Source of the DNA: a virus
Lineage: Duplodnaviria > Heunggongvirae > Uroviricota > Caudoviricetes > Ackermannviridae
IMG/VR virus record: IMGVR_UViG_2974546594_000001
Location: 57,536 to 121,535 of that record
DNA length: 64,000 nucleotides
Reading direction: 5' to 3' (one strand)
This document shows positions 27,914-37,474 of this stretch, piece by piece. The translations under genes and the position numbers were made by a program. Position 1 is the stretch's first letter, and every line of letters starts with the position of its first letter. The notes under the pieces are model-generated. The model made no database searches and was not told the DNA's origin. It saw nothing but the letters and a program-made list of their open reading frames with translations.

Positions 27914-28603
27914 ATGAAACGTTTAATCATCGGGGTTGTGCTGGCTGGTCTGGCACTTCCTGCCACCGCCAAGCTGAACTCCACAGGTGAAAAACTGTGG
28001 TCTGATCTTTCCTACTGTGCTGGGTTCTCCCAAGCTGTTGCTATAGACAAAACTGGTTCCATAGAGAACTTTGCTGAACTTTGGAACACGGGTAACGTCT
28101 CCACTGCTGTTGTTAATGCTGGGATTGAGTTCAACCGTTACAAACAGGGAGCCTACAACTTGAAAGGCTACCTGAATGACGATGAATTTAACCGAGGAGG
28201 CATGGAGGCTGGCGATCTCATCATGACTGGCCGTATGGGTACACAAGGCCGTATGACTGTAAGGCAATGCCGTTCTCTCCCCTCTCCGGCATTACAGAAG
28301 GGTGTGCAAATCGGGCGTCGACATCTGGATCTGATCAATGATGGCAACCAATGCATCAAGGTGTTTGAATATAGTGCCGACCAAGAATCAGATCGACGTT
28401 TGAAAAAGGAATGGCGGACACGTGCCCTTGGATTGAGAGCATGGCTCGTAGAAAACGATTATTACTACGAGGATCGTGTTCAGAACGGATTGAAAGATCT
28501 TTCTACTAATTTGTCTGTCAATCTAGACGACCCAAGGCTTTCGCGCGAACTCAAGCAAACACGGATTGACTGCGACAATATGATGAAGGAGAACGAAAGA
28601 TGA
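27914..28603 (+). CDS. secreted (Sec signal peptide) hypothetical protein, 229 aa
   Basis: MKRLIIGVVLAGLALPATA-KLN. Strong SD AAGGAGA. Confidence 0.6.
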   Translation: MKRLIIGVVLAGLALPATAKLNSTGEKLWSDLSYCAGFSQAVAIDKTGSIENFAELWNTGNVSTAVVNAGIEFNRYKQGAYNLKGYLNDDEFNRGGMEAGDLIMTGRMGTQGRMTVRQCRSLPSPALQKGVQIGRRHLDLINDGNQCIKVFEYSADQESDRRLKKEWRTRALGLRAWLVENDYYYEDRVQNGLKDLSTNLSVNLDDPRLSRELKQTRIDCDNMMKENER

Positions 28604-28920
28604 GAAACATAATATTCTTGTTATTCTTTTCTATGTTGGCATCATTCCAAGTTGTGGCAACTCCGGCCAGCAAATTGAATATCTGTGCGGCCTGGTTGTC
28701 TACTTATCAACAATTTCACCCTGATGATAAAGATACATCCATCCTTTTATCAGATTATGAAGGTGAGTTGAAACGCCTTGATCTCTACAGCGTGGATCAA
28801 ATAGAGAATGCTTTAGATTTGCCAATGATGGAGTCCGCTGCCGATAATAGCAAACAGACGATCAAAGATCTGACTATGTGTCGGGAAATAGCGACTAATT
28901 TCGTTGGAAATCAAAGATAA
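28600..28920 (+). CDS. secreted hypothetical protein, 106 aa
   Basis: Signal peptide FLLFFSMLASFQVVA-TPA. Overlapping start. Confidence 0.5.
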   Translation: MRNIIFLLFFSMLASFQVVATPASKLNICAAWLSTYQQFHPDDKDTSILLSDYEGELKRLDLYSVDQIENALDLPMMESAADNSKQTIKDLTMCREIATNFVGNQR

Positions 28921-28970
28921 TTTTCAGGTTAAAATTTAACTTCCATTGAACTGAAAGGAAATACTTCGTG

Positions 28971-29777
28971 ATGATTATTACTAAAAAGATCGCCGAGTCG
29001 ATTGTTGAAAAGAATAAGATGTTCGCGCCCAACAAAGCAAAGGTCATTCTGATTCACGAAGACGGGCGCGTCATCTTCGCTGAGAAGTTTGAGCAGGGTT
29101 GTGCTTTCTGGTTCGCAGATACTATGCGCGAAAGCAAGCTGCAGGGCATCATCTATAAATTGACCCTGGTTGCCAAGCGCAATGATCAGGGTGATTGGGT
29201 TACGGTCTGCGATTTCAGCTCTAAGGTTGAAACGAAAGCCAAAACCCGCCAAGAAAGAATTTTAGAGGCTCAGGAAAAACTTCGGGTCGCTCGCACATCA
29301 TCCGCGGAGAAGCCGGAAATAAAACCAGCCGTTATGCCTGTCACCAATAATCCGCTCCCACCTGTGGGTCAAAAGGCTTTCGAACAATATGTTGAAAAGA
29401 GAAAAGAAGAATCTATGAAGACTCCGGTAGAAAATAATGATGAGTCTGAATTCATTTCAATACGACAGTTGTGCCCGCAAGAACAACGTTATTCTTCTCC
29501 AAATGATTTATTTGTGTCATTCAGATGCAACGGGAAGATCATCCTGTGTAAAACTCTGCGTGAACAACTACCATGGCCTAACATCAATATGATGGTGAGT
29601 CGCAATTTTAAACGATTTGCTATTAGTGAAGGGAACGATTATCCCGTAAACAAGAGCGGAACGTATGCCAACAAACATATGTGTGGTAAGTTGTCTTTCC
29701 CTAACGATTCCGGAACCATCCGCGTTCGTTTAGAATGGGATGAAACCCTGAACATGTATGTTGGTGATATAAAATAA
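28971..29777 (+). CDS. hypothetical protein (268 aa)
   Basis: SD AAAGGAAA. Lys/Glu-rich central region. Confidence 0.55.
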   Translation: MIITKKIAESIVEKNKMFAPNKAKVILIHEDGRVIFAEKFEQGCAFWFADTMRESKLQGIIYKLTLVAKRNDQGDWVTVCDFSSKVETKAKTRQERILEAQEKLRVARTSSAEKPEIKPAVMPVTNNPLPPVGQKAFEQYVEKRKEESMKTPVENNDESEFISIRQLCPQEQRYSSPNDLFVSFRCNGKIILCKTLREQLPWPNINMMVSRNFKRFAISEGNDYPVNKSGTYANKHMCGKLSFPNDSGTIRVRLEWDETLNMYVGDIK

Positions 29778-29834
29778 TTCAATAACATTAGGGCGGTTAT
29801 TATTAAACCGCCTTTTATTTGAGAGATCTATATT

Positions 29835-30503
29835 ATGAATAAGAAGAGTCGTATCATCATCGGTGCAGATCAGGGAAATCTGTATTTTGATACAACTGGT
29901 GCTATTGCCCACGCCATCCTTCCAACAGGTATTTCTGTTTATTGTGTCGAACATCCAGATCCAGCGATCAAACGACTTTGTTACATCCATCGTGAAAAGG
30001 GATTGATCGTATTACCGGAAGGCGCAATTATGCGCGCTCGTTCTTGGCCGATCGATTTTAATTCCATGACCGCCAGAGAGATTGACGCCCGTTTCTTCGC
30101 ATACAATATGAATCGAACTTTAAGGAACGAAACTCAAAGAGTTGCCCATTTCGATAATGAAACATATACCGTGACATTAGAATTTCGCGTTCTTGGTGAA
30201 GCTCTTCAGGTAAAGAAAACGAGTTGGGCAACCGAAGGGACGTTTACCAATGATTATGCTCTTATCGATAGATTGTGTAATCGGTTCCGAATTAGCCTGA
30301 CTGCGAATGAAGATTTGGGAGAATATGTATCATGGACAGCTCGTTCTCCACATATGAATGGGATCATGATGGAGAGCGGGACTCGTAATCGTGCTGTTCT
30401 TCAGCTGCTGTTGTTAGATGCGTATTCTCGCAATCCTCTGGAATATTTGTCTCGAGAGCAAATCGACAACGCTCTTTCCCATTGCAATCGTCTGGAGGTG
30501 TGA
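29835..30503 (+). CDS. hypothetical protein (222 aa)
   Basis: Preceded by the hairpin GGGCGGTT...AACCGCC and a T-run. Confidence 0.55.
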   Translation: MNKKSRIIIGADQGNLYFDTTGAIAHAILPTGISVYCVEHPDPAIKRLCYIHREKGLIVLPEGAIMRARSWPIDFNSMTAREIDARFFAYNMNRTLRNETQRVAHFDNETYTVTLEFRVLGEALQVKKTSWATEGTFTNDYALIDRLCNRFRISLTANEDLGEYVSWTARSPHMNGIMMESGTRNRAVLQLLLLDAYSRNPLEYLSREQIDNALSHCNRLEV

Positions 30504-30504
30504 T

Positions 30505-30792
30505 ATGTCCGGCGTATGGTGTGATGTATTATTAGTGAGATTTTCAAACGGGATGGATAACCAGATTATTTCATTCTTTTATCCTGTTCCCTTTTCTTCT
30601 ATGGGTCTGACTGTCAAGCGCGTTCTTGACATAGAAGAAAAACTCAACGCTATGCCGTATATGGCGCGACCACACGTGCTGGGTTGTGAACTGTTAAACG
30701 AAATGATGATCGATGAGAATCTTGTTGAAACAATTATCACGCGTGAACAGATGAAAACTATACTGGCTCAGGGAGAACCCCATGTCGAATAA
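30505..30792 (+). CDS. hypothetical protein (95 aa)
   Basis: SD GGAGGTG. Confidence 0.45.
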   Translation: MSGVWCDVLLVRFSNGMDNQIISFFYPVPFSSMGLTVKRVLDIEEKLNAMPYMARPHVLGCELLNEMMIDENLVETIITREQMKTILAQGEPHVE

Positions 30793-31102
30793 ACCGTTTG
30801 AACTTAAATTTCGCGTTTGGCATATTCCCCAGGTTCCTGGGATCGCTTTTCATGTTGAGGTTCCAACATTTGAAGAAGCGCAGCGCCTGAAGAATACTCT
30901 GGCTGATTACGACCTGTTTCAGTATAACAATAACATCAAGCCGGATTATTGTAATGCTTCCGGCGTTCAAATATACCAACATGATCTGACTGAAGAAGAT
31001 CTAAATGATATGGGTCTGGATGATCGTTGGGTTGATATCGAAGATATTGACGAACTCAACGATTATTTTGATCATCTGCGTAGCACAGGGTGGGAAATAT
31101 GA
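30782..31102 (+). CDS. hypothetical acidic protein (106 aa)
   Basis: Overlaps its neighbours. Confidence 0.5.
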   Translation: MSNKPFELKFRVWHIPQVPGIAFHVEVPTFEEAQRLKNTLADYDLFQYNNNIKPDYCNASGVQIYQHDLTEEDLNDMGLDDRWVDIEDIDELNDYFDHLRSTGWEI

Positions 31103-31407
31103 TTTCAAAATATATTGTAAAGCCTGGGGATACTCTGTCCAGCATCGCTCTAAAATTATATGGTGATGCCCAACAGTATATCAAATTAGCCAGATTCAAC
31201 AATATCCAAAACCCAGGCCATATCACGGTTGGTCAGGTTATTTGTTTACCCACACCTGTCGAAGACAAAGAACACATTATGATTCCGGTTCAACCGACTC
31301 AGAAGTGTTTGGATGCGATAGCTGGTTTATTTCGGCCAGGTTTTTGTGATGGAACTATTGAACGTCACATTTATCAAGCGATTGTGGAAAACGCAGGTGT
31401 AAAATGA
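31099..31407 (+). CDS. LysM (peptidoglycan-binding) domain protein
   Basis: YIVKPGDTLSSIALKLYGD...NNIQNPGHITVGQVICLP is the LysM consensus. Confidence 0.6.
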   Translation: MISKYIVKPGDTLSSIALKLYGDAQQYIKLARFNNIQNPGHITVGQVICLPTPVEDKEHIMIPVQPTQKCLDAIAGLFRPGFCDGTIERHIYQAIVENAGVK

Positions 31408-31613
31408 TCGGATTAATTCGTTACCTGTTCATATTCGTAATTTCAACATTCATTTTATTTTTCTTTTTCAAATACTTGAAAGAGACTAAAATCTACCGAA
31501 GTAAACGTTGGCGCAAACGGGTGAGGGTAACTTTCCTGCTGCTGATTTCTTCGGTTACAATAACCGCACTCACATTGGGTGCATATATCTACATTTTTGA
31601 AGGGGTACATTGA
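31404..31613 (+). CDS. small membrane protein with two TM helices (possible NfeD-like partner of the SPFH protein, or holin-like)
   Basis: IFVISTFILFFFF and FLLLISSVTITALTLGAYIYIF. Start and stop overlap both neighbours. Confidence 0.45.
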   Translation: MIGLIRYLFIFVISTFILFFFFKYLKETKIYRSKRWRKRVRVTFLLLISSVTITALTLGAYIYIFEGVH

Positions 31614-32404
31614 TGTTCAAGAAATTGGTGTTTGGTGCAATTATGGTTCTGGCTGCAAGTCTACTTTCTGGTTGTGGTGGCGTTATCGATGAAGGTAATG
31701 TCGGCGTTCGCACCCAATGGGGTGAAGTAGACATGAACCCTGTAACAGCGGGGATCTACACCAGCTTTGTTTCAAGCGTGGATGTTTACACGACCAAAGA
31801 AGCCGTTGTGAGTCTGACGAAAATGACGCCAAAGGCCAAAGACAACCTGACCTTGGAAGATCTGGATGTGGACGTTTATTACACACCGAACGTCGCGAAG
31901 GTTCCTTGGTTCCATACCAAATTTGCAGGTCAGAGCGCTGAACTCGGTGACGGCACGATAGCGGTGGGATTCAACCTGGTTAAAACCGCCGCAGCATCCT
32001 CAACGATGGACGCCGTTTCCTCTTTGGATTCTATGACAATTCACACCCAACGGGCTGAGTTAGAAAAGATGATTAAAGACCGCACTCAGCAACAATTAGA
32101 GACTGCAGCGCCTGGCATGTTCACAATCACACGCGTGTTGGTCAAAAAGGCACTGACGGATCCTTCCATTGAGCAGTCTATCCGTGATAATGTTATGGCG
32201 GACAAACGATTGGATACGGCAAGAAAGAACGTTGAAATTCGCGAGCAAGAAGCCCAAGCGAACCAGAAACTGACCACCTCGCTGACGCCTGAATATCTTC
32301 AACATGAATATAACATGGTATTACAATCATGCGCCAACAGTGGAAAATGTACTCTGATCGTTGACGGATCCGGCTCAGGTAAAATGCTGAATATCGGCAA
32401 ATAA
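31610..32404 (+). CDS. SPFH / band-7 (stomatin-prohibitin) domain lipoprotein
   Basis: Lipobox LLSG-C. GNVGVRTQWGEV start of an SPFH domain. Coiled-coil C-terminus. Confidence 0.5.
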   Translation: MMFKKLVFGAIMVLAASLLSGCGGVIDEGNVGVRTQWGEVDMNPVTAGIYTSFVSSVDVYTTKEAVVSLTKMTPKAKDNLTLEDLDVDVYYTPNVAKVPWFHTKFAGQSAELGDGTIAVGFNLVKTAAASSTMDAVSSLDSMTIHTQRAELEKMIKDRTQQQLETAAPGMFTITRVLVKKALTDPSIEQSIRDNVMADKRLDTARKNVEIREQEAQANQKLTTSLTPEYLQHEYNMVLQSCANSGKCTLIVDGSGSGKMLNIGK

Positions 32405-32407
32405 ACG

Positions 32408-32437
32408 CTTTATTCAATAATATTTGTTAGGTAAGCT
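32408..32437 (+). promoter_or_regulatory. putative early promoter variant (CTTTAT - TCAATAATATTTGTTAGG - TAAGCT)
   Basis: Contains the TTCAATAA spacer motif. Confidence 0.3.
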
Positions 32438-32487
32438 GTAGTCCTCTTGTAGTGAAACATTGTAAACAACTAACTGGAGTAATCCGA

Positions 32488-32766
32488 ATGAACCGTACTG
32501 ATTTTATCGCTCACATCGCCCAGACTCAGGGTATGACCAAAGGCGAAGCAGAGAAGATCGTGGCATCCTTTATCAACGGCGTAAAAACTGCAGTCGCAGC
32601 TGGCCAATCTGTCCAATTCGTCGGCTTCGGCGCGTTTGAAGTTAAACATCAGGAAGCGCGCACTGGCCGCAACCCGCTGAACGGGCAAGCGATTCAGATC
32701 GAAGCGAAAAATGTTGTTAAATTCAAAGTCGGCGAAGGTCTGAAAGCTGCTGCCAACGGCCAGTAA
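32488..32766 (+). CDS. HU/IHF-family histone-like DNA-binding protein
   Basis: MNRTDFIAHIAQ...GFGAFEVKHQEARTGRNPLNGQAIQIEAKNVVKFKVG is a typical HU beta-arm. Confidence 0.85.
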   Translation: MNRTDFIAHIAQTQGMTKGEAEKIVASFINGVKTAVAAGQSVQFVGFGAFEVKHQEARTGRNPLNGQAIQIEAKNVVKFKVGEGLKAAANGQ

Positions 32767-32815
32767 TCACATCCAGAGCGGTCGTGCCTAGCACAGCGTG
32801 TTAGGCTAAAAGAGA

Positions 32816-32845
32816 AAGCCGAGGTTAATGCCTCGGCTTTTTCGT
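32816..32845 (+). terminator. rho-independent terminator
   Basis: AAGCCGAGG-TTAATG-CCTCGGCTT followed by TTTT. Confidence 0.85.
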
Positions 32846-32891
32846 TGTTGGAATTCGGGTAAACTATAACAGAACCCAAAGGAGGAACAAC

Positions 32892-34613
32892 GTGACAGCA
32901 TTTAATCAATACCGAAAGGCAATTGACGCCATAGGCCGTAAGGTTCCTATAGAAGAAATACAAAGCCTTGCCAAAAACGAATTTCCATATGACAAGGCGA
33001 ACCAAGGCCAGATGGAATGTATCGTCGAAGCCGTTGATGCCTTGGTCAACAAAAAGGTTAAACATGTCATCATTGAAGCTCCGACAGGTGTCGGTAAATC
33101 TTTGATTGGCACTACCATTCATAAAGTGATTCGCCATCTAGTTTTACAGGCTGATCCTTATGGGCAATTTCGCACTTCTATCAGCACCCCGACCAAAGGT
33201 CTGCAAGATCAGTATGCTGCTGAAAAGGCGGTGGCGATAGACATCCTAAAAGGCAAGAAGAACTATCGTTGCCACGTACATCCAGATGTGTATTACAATG
33301 CTGTCCAATGCCGTATAGCATGCCGTGACGGGCATTGTAGCAAACGCCGCTGTCCTTATGTACAGGCGCGTAATTTGTGGACGGATATTTCATCATTGCG
33401 TTGTACTAATGCTGCCATGATGATCGAAATGTGTACAACCATCTGCATGAAGCCTGAAAACCGTTCCGATATGCTGATCTTAGACGAGTGTCATAAGATG
33501 CCCTCTACGCTCCTAGAGCACACGATAATGGAATACAATACAAAGGCTGTGGATGGGCTGCGAACTATCCCCGAAGGGAAGGAGATAGTCTCTATCATTG
33601 CCGATATCGTAGAACGCACCAAGGACTATGTCTTGGGCAAGTTGTATTCCTTGTCCGGTGAAATGCATTCGATGTTTGAAGACCTCCATCTTAAAGTGGA
33701 GTCTTTGTTGGAAGTTCTTGAAGAATTGGTTGAAGATGACCGCCTGAGTGAAAGCCAGGTGATGAAACTCGCCGACATTATCGATGTACTACACAATCTG
33801 AGTGATTATTGTGGTATTATGTCTCAGACAAAGGCCAGCACCTTTATCGTACAGGAAAAGGGAGATGACTTTATTCGGTTTAAACCCGTCATGCCTTCTG
33901 ATGTAAGTGAATTTGGATTGTTCAGGAAAGCCGATTACCATGTTCATATGTCGGCAACAATCTGCGGAATCGATTCATATGCCCGTTCCTTGGGTATCCG
34001 CCAGGGGGATTATCATTCAATACAGATTGGAAATCCAATCCCAATTGAAAATCGGAAAGTCAACTATATGCCCATCGTTAAGATGACCAACAACATGGGC
34101 GATTATGAAATGAAAAGGCTGACGGAATACATTGATGAAATAATCGCATTCCATCCAGGGCAATCTGGCATCATACATACAGTGAGCTATGATCGCGCAT
34201 TAGCAATACAAAAATTCAGCAAATACCAGAACTTTATCCATGTGCCACGCACTCGAAAGGCGTTGATGGATATTATGGAAAATGCCTTCAGGACAAAAAC
34301 ACCTTGTGTTATTGCCAGTCCGGCCATGGAAGAAGGATATGACTTCAAAGGTGATTACAGCCGATTCCAAATACTGATCAAAGTTCCTTACGATTATTTG
34401 GGTGATCCATTGATCGCACATATCAATTCAGTGGATCCGTCTGCGTATTTCCGCAACGCAGTATTGCGCATTGTTCAGATGTGCGGACGTTCGGTCAGGG
34501 GTGTGGATGACTGGGCTGCAACATACATAATCGATTCTTCCTTTGAATCTCTTATGATGCGCAACCCAGAGTTCTTCCCAACCTGGTTCACCGATGCAGT
34601 ATTTGAAGTTTAA
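32892..34613 (+). CDS. DinG/XPD (Rad3)-like SF2 helicase with a putative Fe-S cluster insertion. GTG start
   Basis: Walker A APTGVGKSL, DEAH-type box ILDECH, Cys cluster CHVH...CRIACRDGHCSKRRC between them. Confidence 0.65.
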   Translation: MTAFNQYRKAIDAIGRKVPIEEIQSLAKNEFPYDKANQGQMECIVEAVDALVNKKVKHVIIEAPTGVGKSLIGTTIHKVIRHLVLQADPYGQFRTSISTPTKGLQDQYAAEKAVAIDILKGKKNYRCHVHPDVYYNAVQCRIACRDGHCSKRRCPYVQARNLWTDISSLRCTNAAMMIEMCTTICMKPENRSDMLILDECHKMPSTLLEHTIMEYNTKAVDGLRTIPEGKEIVSIIADIVERTKDYVLGKLYSLSGEMHSMFEDLHLKVESLLEVLEELVEDDRLSESQVMKLADIIDVLHNLSDYCGIMSQTKASTFIVQEKGDDFIRFKPVMPSDVSEFGLFRKADYHVHMSATICGIDSYARSLGIRQGDYHSIQIGNPIPIENRKVNYMPIVKMTNNMGDYEMKRLTEYIDEIIAFHPGQSGIIHTVSYDRALAIQKFSKYQNFIHVPRTRKALMDIMENAFRTKTPCVIASPAMEEGYDFKGDYSRFQILIKVPYDYLGDPLIAHINSVDPSAYFRNAVLRIVQMCGRSVRGVDDWAATYIIDSSFESLMMRNPEFFPTWFTDAVFEV

Positions 34614-35377
34614 TAACCTGCAATAAACGATAAATGGCACTTGATATTTGGTTCAAGTGTCGTTATCGTGATGATCATATTATCCACATCTTGGCTGAAA
34701 GATATATTTGCTATTGGTTTAGTCTGAACGTGGTTGTACAGGCTGTATATCAAATCTTCACCACGGTATCCGACTTTACCATCAGTATCCTGCCAATGGC
34801 CTAACGTGGATTCATGAGCATGTACTCGGAATTCTATCATATGGAACAATGCTTTTGGGATTGTTTTCAGTATGCTGGTTCCGACAACAGGGATATCAAT
34901 AGCAGAGTCGTTGGAATTGCCCTCATATACTGACGCCCAACCAAATGTTGGATCTCCCCCCGCTACTGGAGTTCTCTTCCAGTATTGGAATTCCGGATTT
35001 CCAGCAGCATTCTTTTGTAGAAGGATAACTTCACCGCCTTCAAAATTAGAAGTGTCTATATCATCACGTGCTAATAAATCAGCTGGAGAACCAATAAATT
35101 TCCAGGTTTCGCGATCTAAAATAGACTTATAATAATCGGTGAATACGTTGCTGTCGTCAGCTGCGTTGATTGCGTCTTTAAGACCTTCACCTGTGACCAT
35201 CTCATTGAGTTTTAGCCACATGTTTTTGACAGCTGACGCAGCTGCGACTTGACCTTCAGTCCCCCCCGCCGTGTAGTCATAAATGATGTCCAGCTTTTGT
35301 ATGGAATCATTTATAGACAAGAGCAAACGCTCAATTTCTGGGGCGGTCAGACTGAAACGATATGCGCGTTCTGACAT
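34610..35377 (-). CDS. hypothetical protein (255 aa), convergent with the helicase
   Basis: SD GAGGA on the reverse strand. Gly/Asp-rich, beta-rich. Confidence 0.55.
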   Translation of the reverse strand: MSERAYRFSLTAPEIERLLLSINDSIQKLDIIYDYTAGGTEGQVAAASAVKNMWLKLNEMVTGEGLKDAINAADDSNVFTDYYKSILDRETWKFIGSPADLLARDDIDTSNFEGGEVILLQKNAAGNPEFQYWKRTPVAGGDPTFGWASVYEGNSNDSAIDIPVVGTSILKTIPKALFHMIEFRVHAHESTLGHWQDTDGKVGYRGEDLIYSLYNHVQTKPIANISFSQDVDNMIITITTLEPNIKCHLSFIAGY

Positions 35378-35419
35378 GATTCGTTCCTCATCGATAAAAC
35401 CAGTTTGGGATACTTATAC

Positions 35420-35947
35420 ATGATTGAAATATACACTGACGGGGCATCTTCCCCGCAGAAGACACAAGCCGCAGGTTGGGCATTTGCTATCAGTCCAATC
35501 ACTGGAGAGCAATGGAAAGTGTTTTATGGGTATTTACCCCCACCGTCAACGAATAATATCGCTGAGTTGCTTGGGGTTATAAACGCCTTGAAGATTCTAT
35601 GGAAATTCTCTAATTGTGGGGAACGCTGTATTCCCTCAGCCCGTATTATATCCGATAGCCAATATGTTATCAATAGTGTTTTGGAGTGGCGTAGAAAATG
35701 GGAATATGAAGGGATGCCGCCTAAGAACACAGAACTCCTACTCGAATTGTTCAATTATTATGACAAAGTTTGTTCAATTTGTGAACTTGAATTAAAATGG
35801 GTGAAAGGTCATGCGGGGAATATCGGCAACGAAATCGCAGATCAGTGGAGCGTCAGAGCCAAAGAAAATAGCTCGATGGTTCTTGAAAATAATCGTTTTC
35901 TGGTCAGAAAGGTTGTTGGTTCTTTCAATGAATTCATTGGTATTTGA
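35420..35947 (+). CDS. rnhA: RNase HI (cellular rnhA type, not the T4 FEN-like rnh)
   Basis: IEIYTDGA, NNIAELLGV, SDSQYVINS, WVKGHAGNIGNEIAD map to the catalytic D-E-D-D motifs. Confidence 0.8.
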   Translation: MIEIYTDGASSPQKTQAAGWAFAISPITGEQWKVFYGYLPPPSTNNIAELLGVINALKILWKFSNCGERCIPSARIISDSQYVINSVLEWRRKWEYEGMPPKNTELLLELFNYYDKVCSICELELKWVKGHAGNIGNEIADQWSVRAKENSSMVLENNRFLVRKVVGSFNEFIGI

Positions 35948-35957
35948 GGATTATGCA

Positions 35958-36680
35958 ATGGGTATTCCATTCGTTTACTGTTTGGAAAGTAAGGATGGTC
36001 ATTTGTATTTTGGTTCCAAGATTGGTGAAGAGTCTGATCCAAAGCAGCTCATGGAAACATATTTCACTTCATCAAAATATGTAAAAGATTTGATGAAATC
36101 AAAAGGAAATGATTATTTTCAGGTAGTGGGTATAGAAATATTCCCCAACCAACCTGAAGAAGCGTTTTGGAAAGAACAACAATTGATAGAGTCCTTTTAC
36201 GGCAACCCCATGCTACTAAACAAACATTATCAAACTGCTGGAACTAAACCGTGGACTCAATTAGGTAGAAAGGGGAATCAACAGTATTTGTTTGGCAATG
36301 GGCACCTCCGCGCTGGCAAAAACAATCCTATGTATGGCAAACAAGGAGCCATGAAAGGTATTACAGGGAAAGACCATCCTGCCTATGGCGCAGATCGTTC
36401 AGGTTCCAAAAATGGCATGTTTGGAAAATATGGAGAATTACATCACCATTATGGAACTCCTCCATGGGAAGTTCCAATAAGCAAGAAATTGGGGACTTCT
36501 AAACATTGGTTGGATGCAGAAGAAATACGTTTGGAATGGATTGCTGGCGCAAGGCAATGCGACTTGTCAAGAAAATATGGAATTAGCATAAAGACTATTG
36601 AAACTATGGTCGGCAAATTCCGTTCCGGTTGGATACCTTCACAAGACCCTCAGTGGATTAATTTTAAAGGTGGTGTATAA
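35958..36680 (+). CDS. GIY-YIG homing endonuclease with NUMOD3 repeats (Seg / I-TevI-like), free-standing
   Basis: FVYCLESKDGHLYFGSK (GIY...YIG). Repeated NPMYGK, HPAYG, NGMFGKYG. AT-richer than flanking genes. Confidence 0.7.
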   Translation: MGIPFVYCLESKDGHLYFGSKIGEESDPKQLMETYFTSSKYVKDLMKSKGNDYFQVVGIEIFPNQPEEAFWKEQQLIESFYGNPMLLNKHYQTAGTKPWTQLGRKGNQQYLFGNGHLRAGKNNPMYGKQGAMKGITGKDHPAYGADRSGSKNGMFGKYGELHHHYGTPPWEVPISKKLGTSKHWLDAEEIRLEWIAGARQCDLSRKYGISIKTIETMVGKFRSGWIPSQDPQWINFKGGV

Positions 36681-37474
36681 TGTGTGCTATGAATTATGTG
36701 GACAGGGGTGATAACGTCACCAAATATTTCACAGACGAAGATAATGACCGTGTTGTTGGAATATTGAGAGATTGGATTCCGGCTCGCAAAAAGGCTTTGG
36801 CCGAAGGAACACCCCTACCAAGAATCCCCAATTATGTGGCCATGAATGTTCAGATGATTATTAAGAACATGAGTATGCGCTACAACTATCGTGATTATCC
36901 ATACCGCGAAGACATGGTCAGTGAGGCCGTTGTCAACATCCTTCGTTACCTCCATACATTTGACGTCAGTCATATCGGCAAGAAAGGAAAAATCAATTTC
37001 TTCTCTTGGGTAACGATGTGTGCCGACCGTTCATTCGCCAAGAAACTCACCAGTGAAGAAGAACACAATTATATCAAGTTGCGTTCATTTGAAGAAGCAG
37101 GTGGTTTCGCTGCATTATCAGATGACCCAGACTTCCAGCAACAGACATTCGTAGACAGCACTGGTATAACAATGGACTTTCGTGAGCGTATCGGAAATTT
37201 TGAAACTAAAAAAGAAGCCCAGCGCGAAAAGGAACGCCAAAAGCAAATCGCCATCAAAGAAGAGGAAAAGAATAAGAAAATTCCTCGCGGTATACTTCAA
37301 TGTCTCACAAAGAGTGAAAATACCATTACCGCCGACGCCGAAGATAATTCAGACTATGACTTCGGCTCTACTCAATTCAATCTGGAAGACGAAATATGTT
37401 CTATGGAACCAGATTGGGAAGAAGCAAAGAAACGAGCATTAGAACGGGAGCAACAAAATAATGGCGATTGCTAA
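36680..37474 (+). CDS. 55: late-transcription sigma factor gp55 (C-terminally extended)
   Basis: VAMNVQMIIKNMSMRYNYRDYPYREDMVSEAVVNILRYLHTFD aligns with T4 gp55 [43 protein letters not shown]. Confidence 0.75.
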   Translation: MCAMNYVDRGDNVTKYFTDEDNDRVVGILRDWIPARKKALAEGTPLPRIPNYVAMNVQMIIKNMSMRYNYRDYPYREDMVSEAVVNILRYLHTFDVSHIGKKGKINFFSWVTMCADRSFAKKLTSEEEHNYIKLRSFEEAGGFAALSDDPDFQQQTFVDSTGITMDFRERIGNFETKKEAQREKERQKQIAIKEEEKNKKIPRGILQCLTKSENTITADAEDNSDYDFGSTQFNLEDEICSMEPDWEEAKKRALEREQQNNGDC

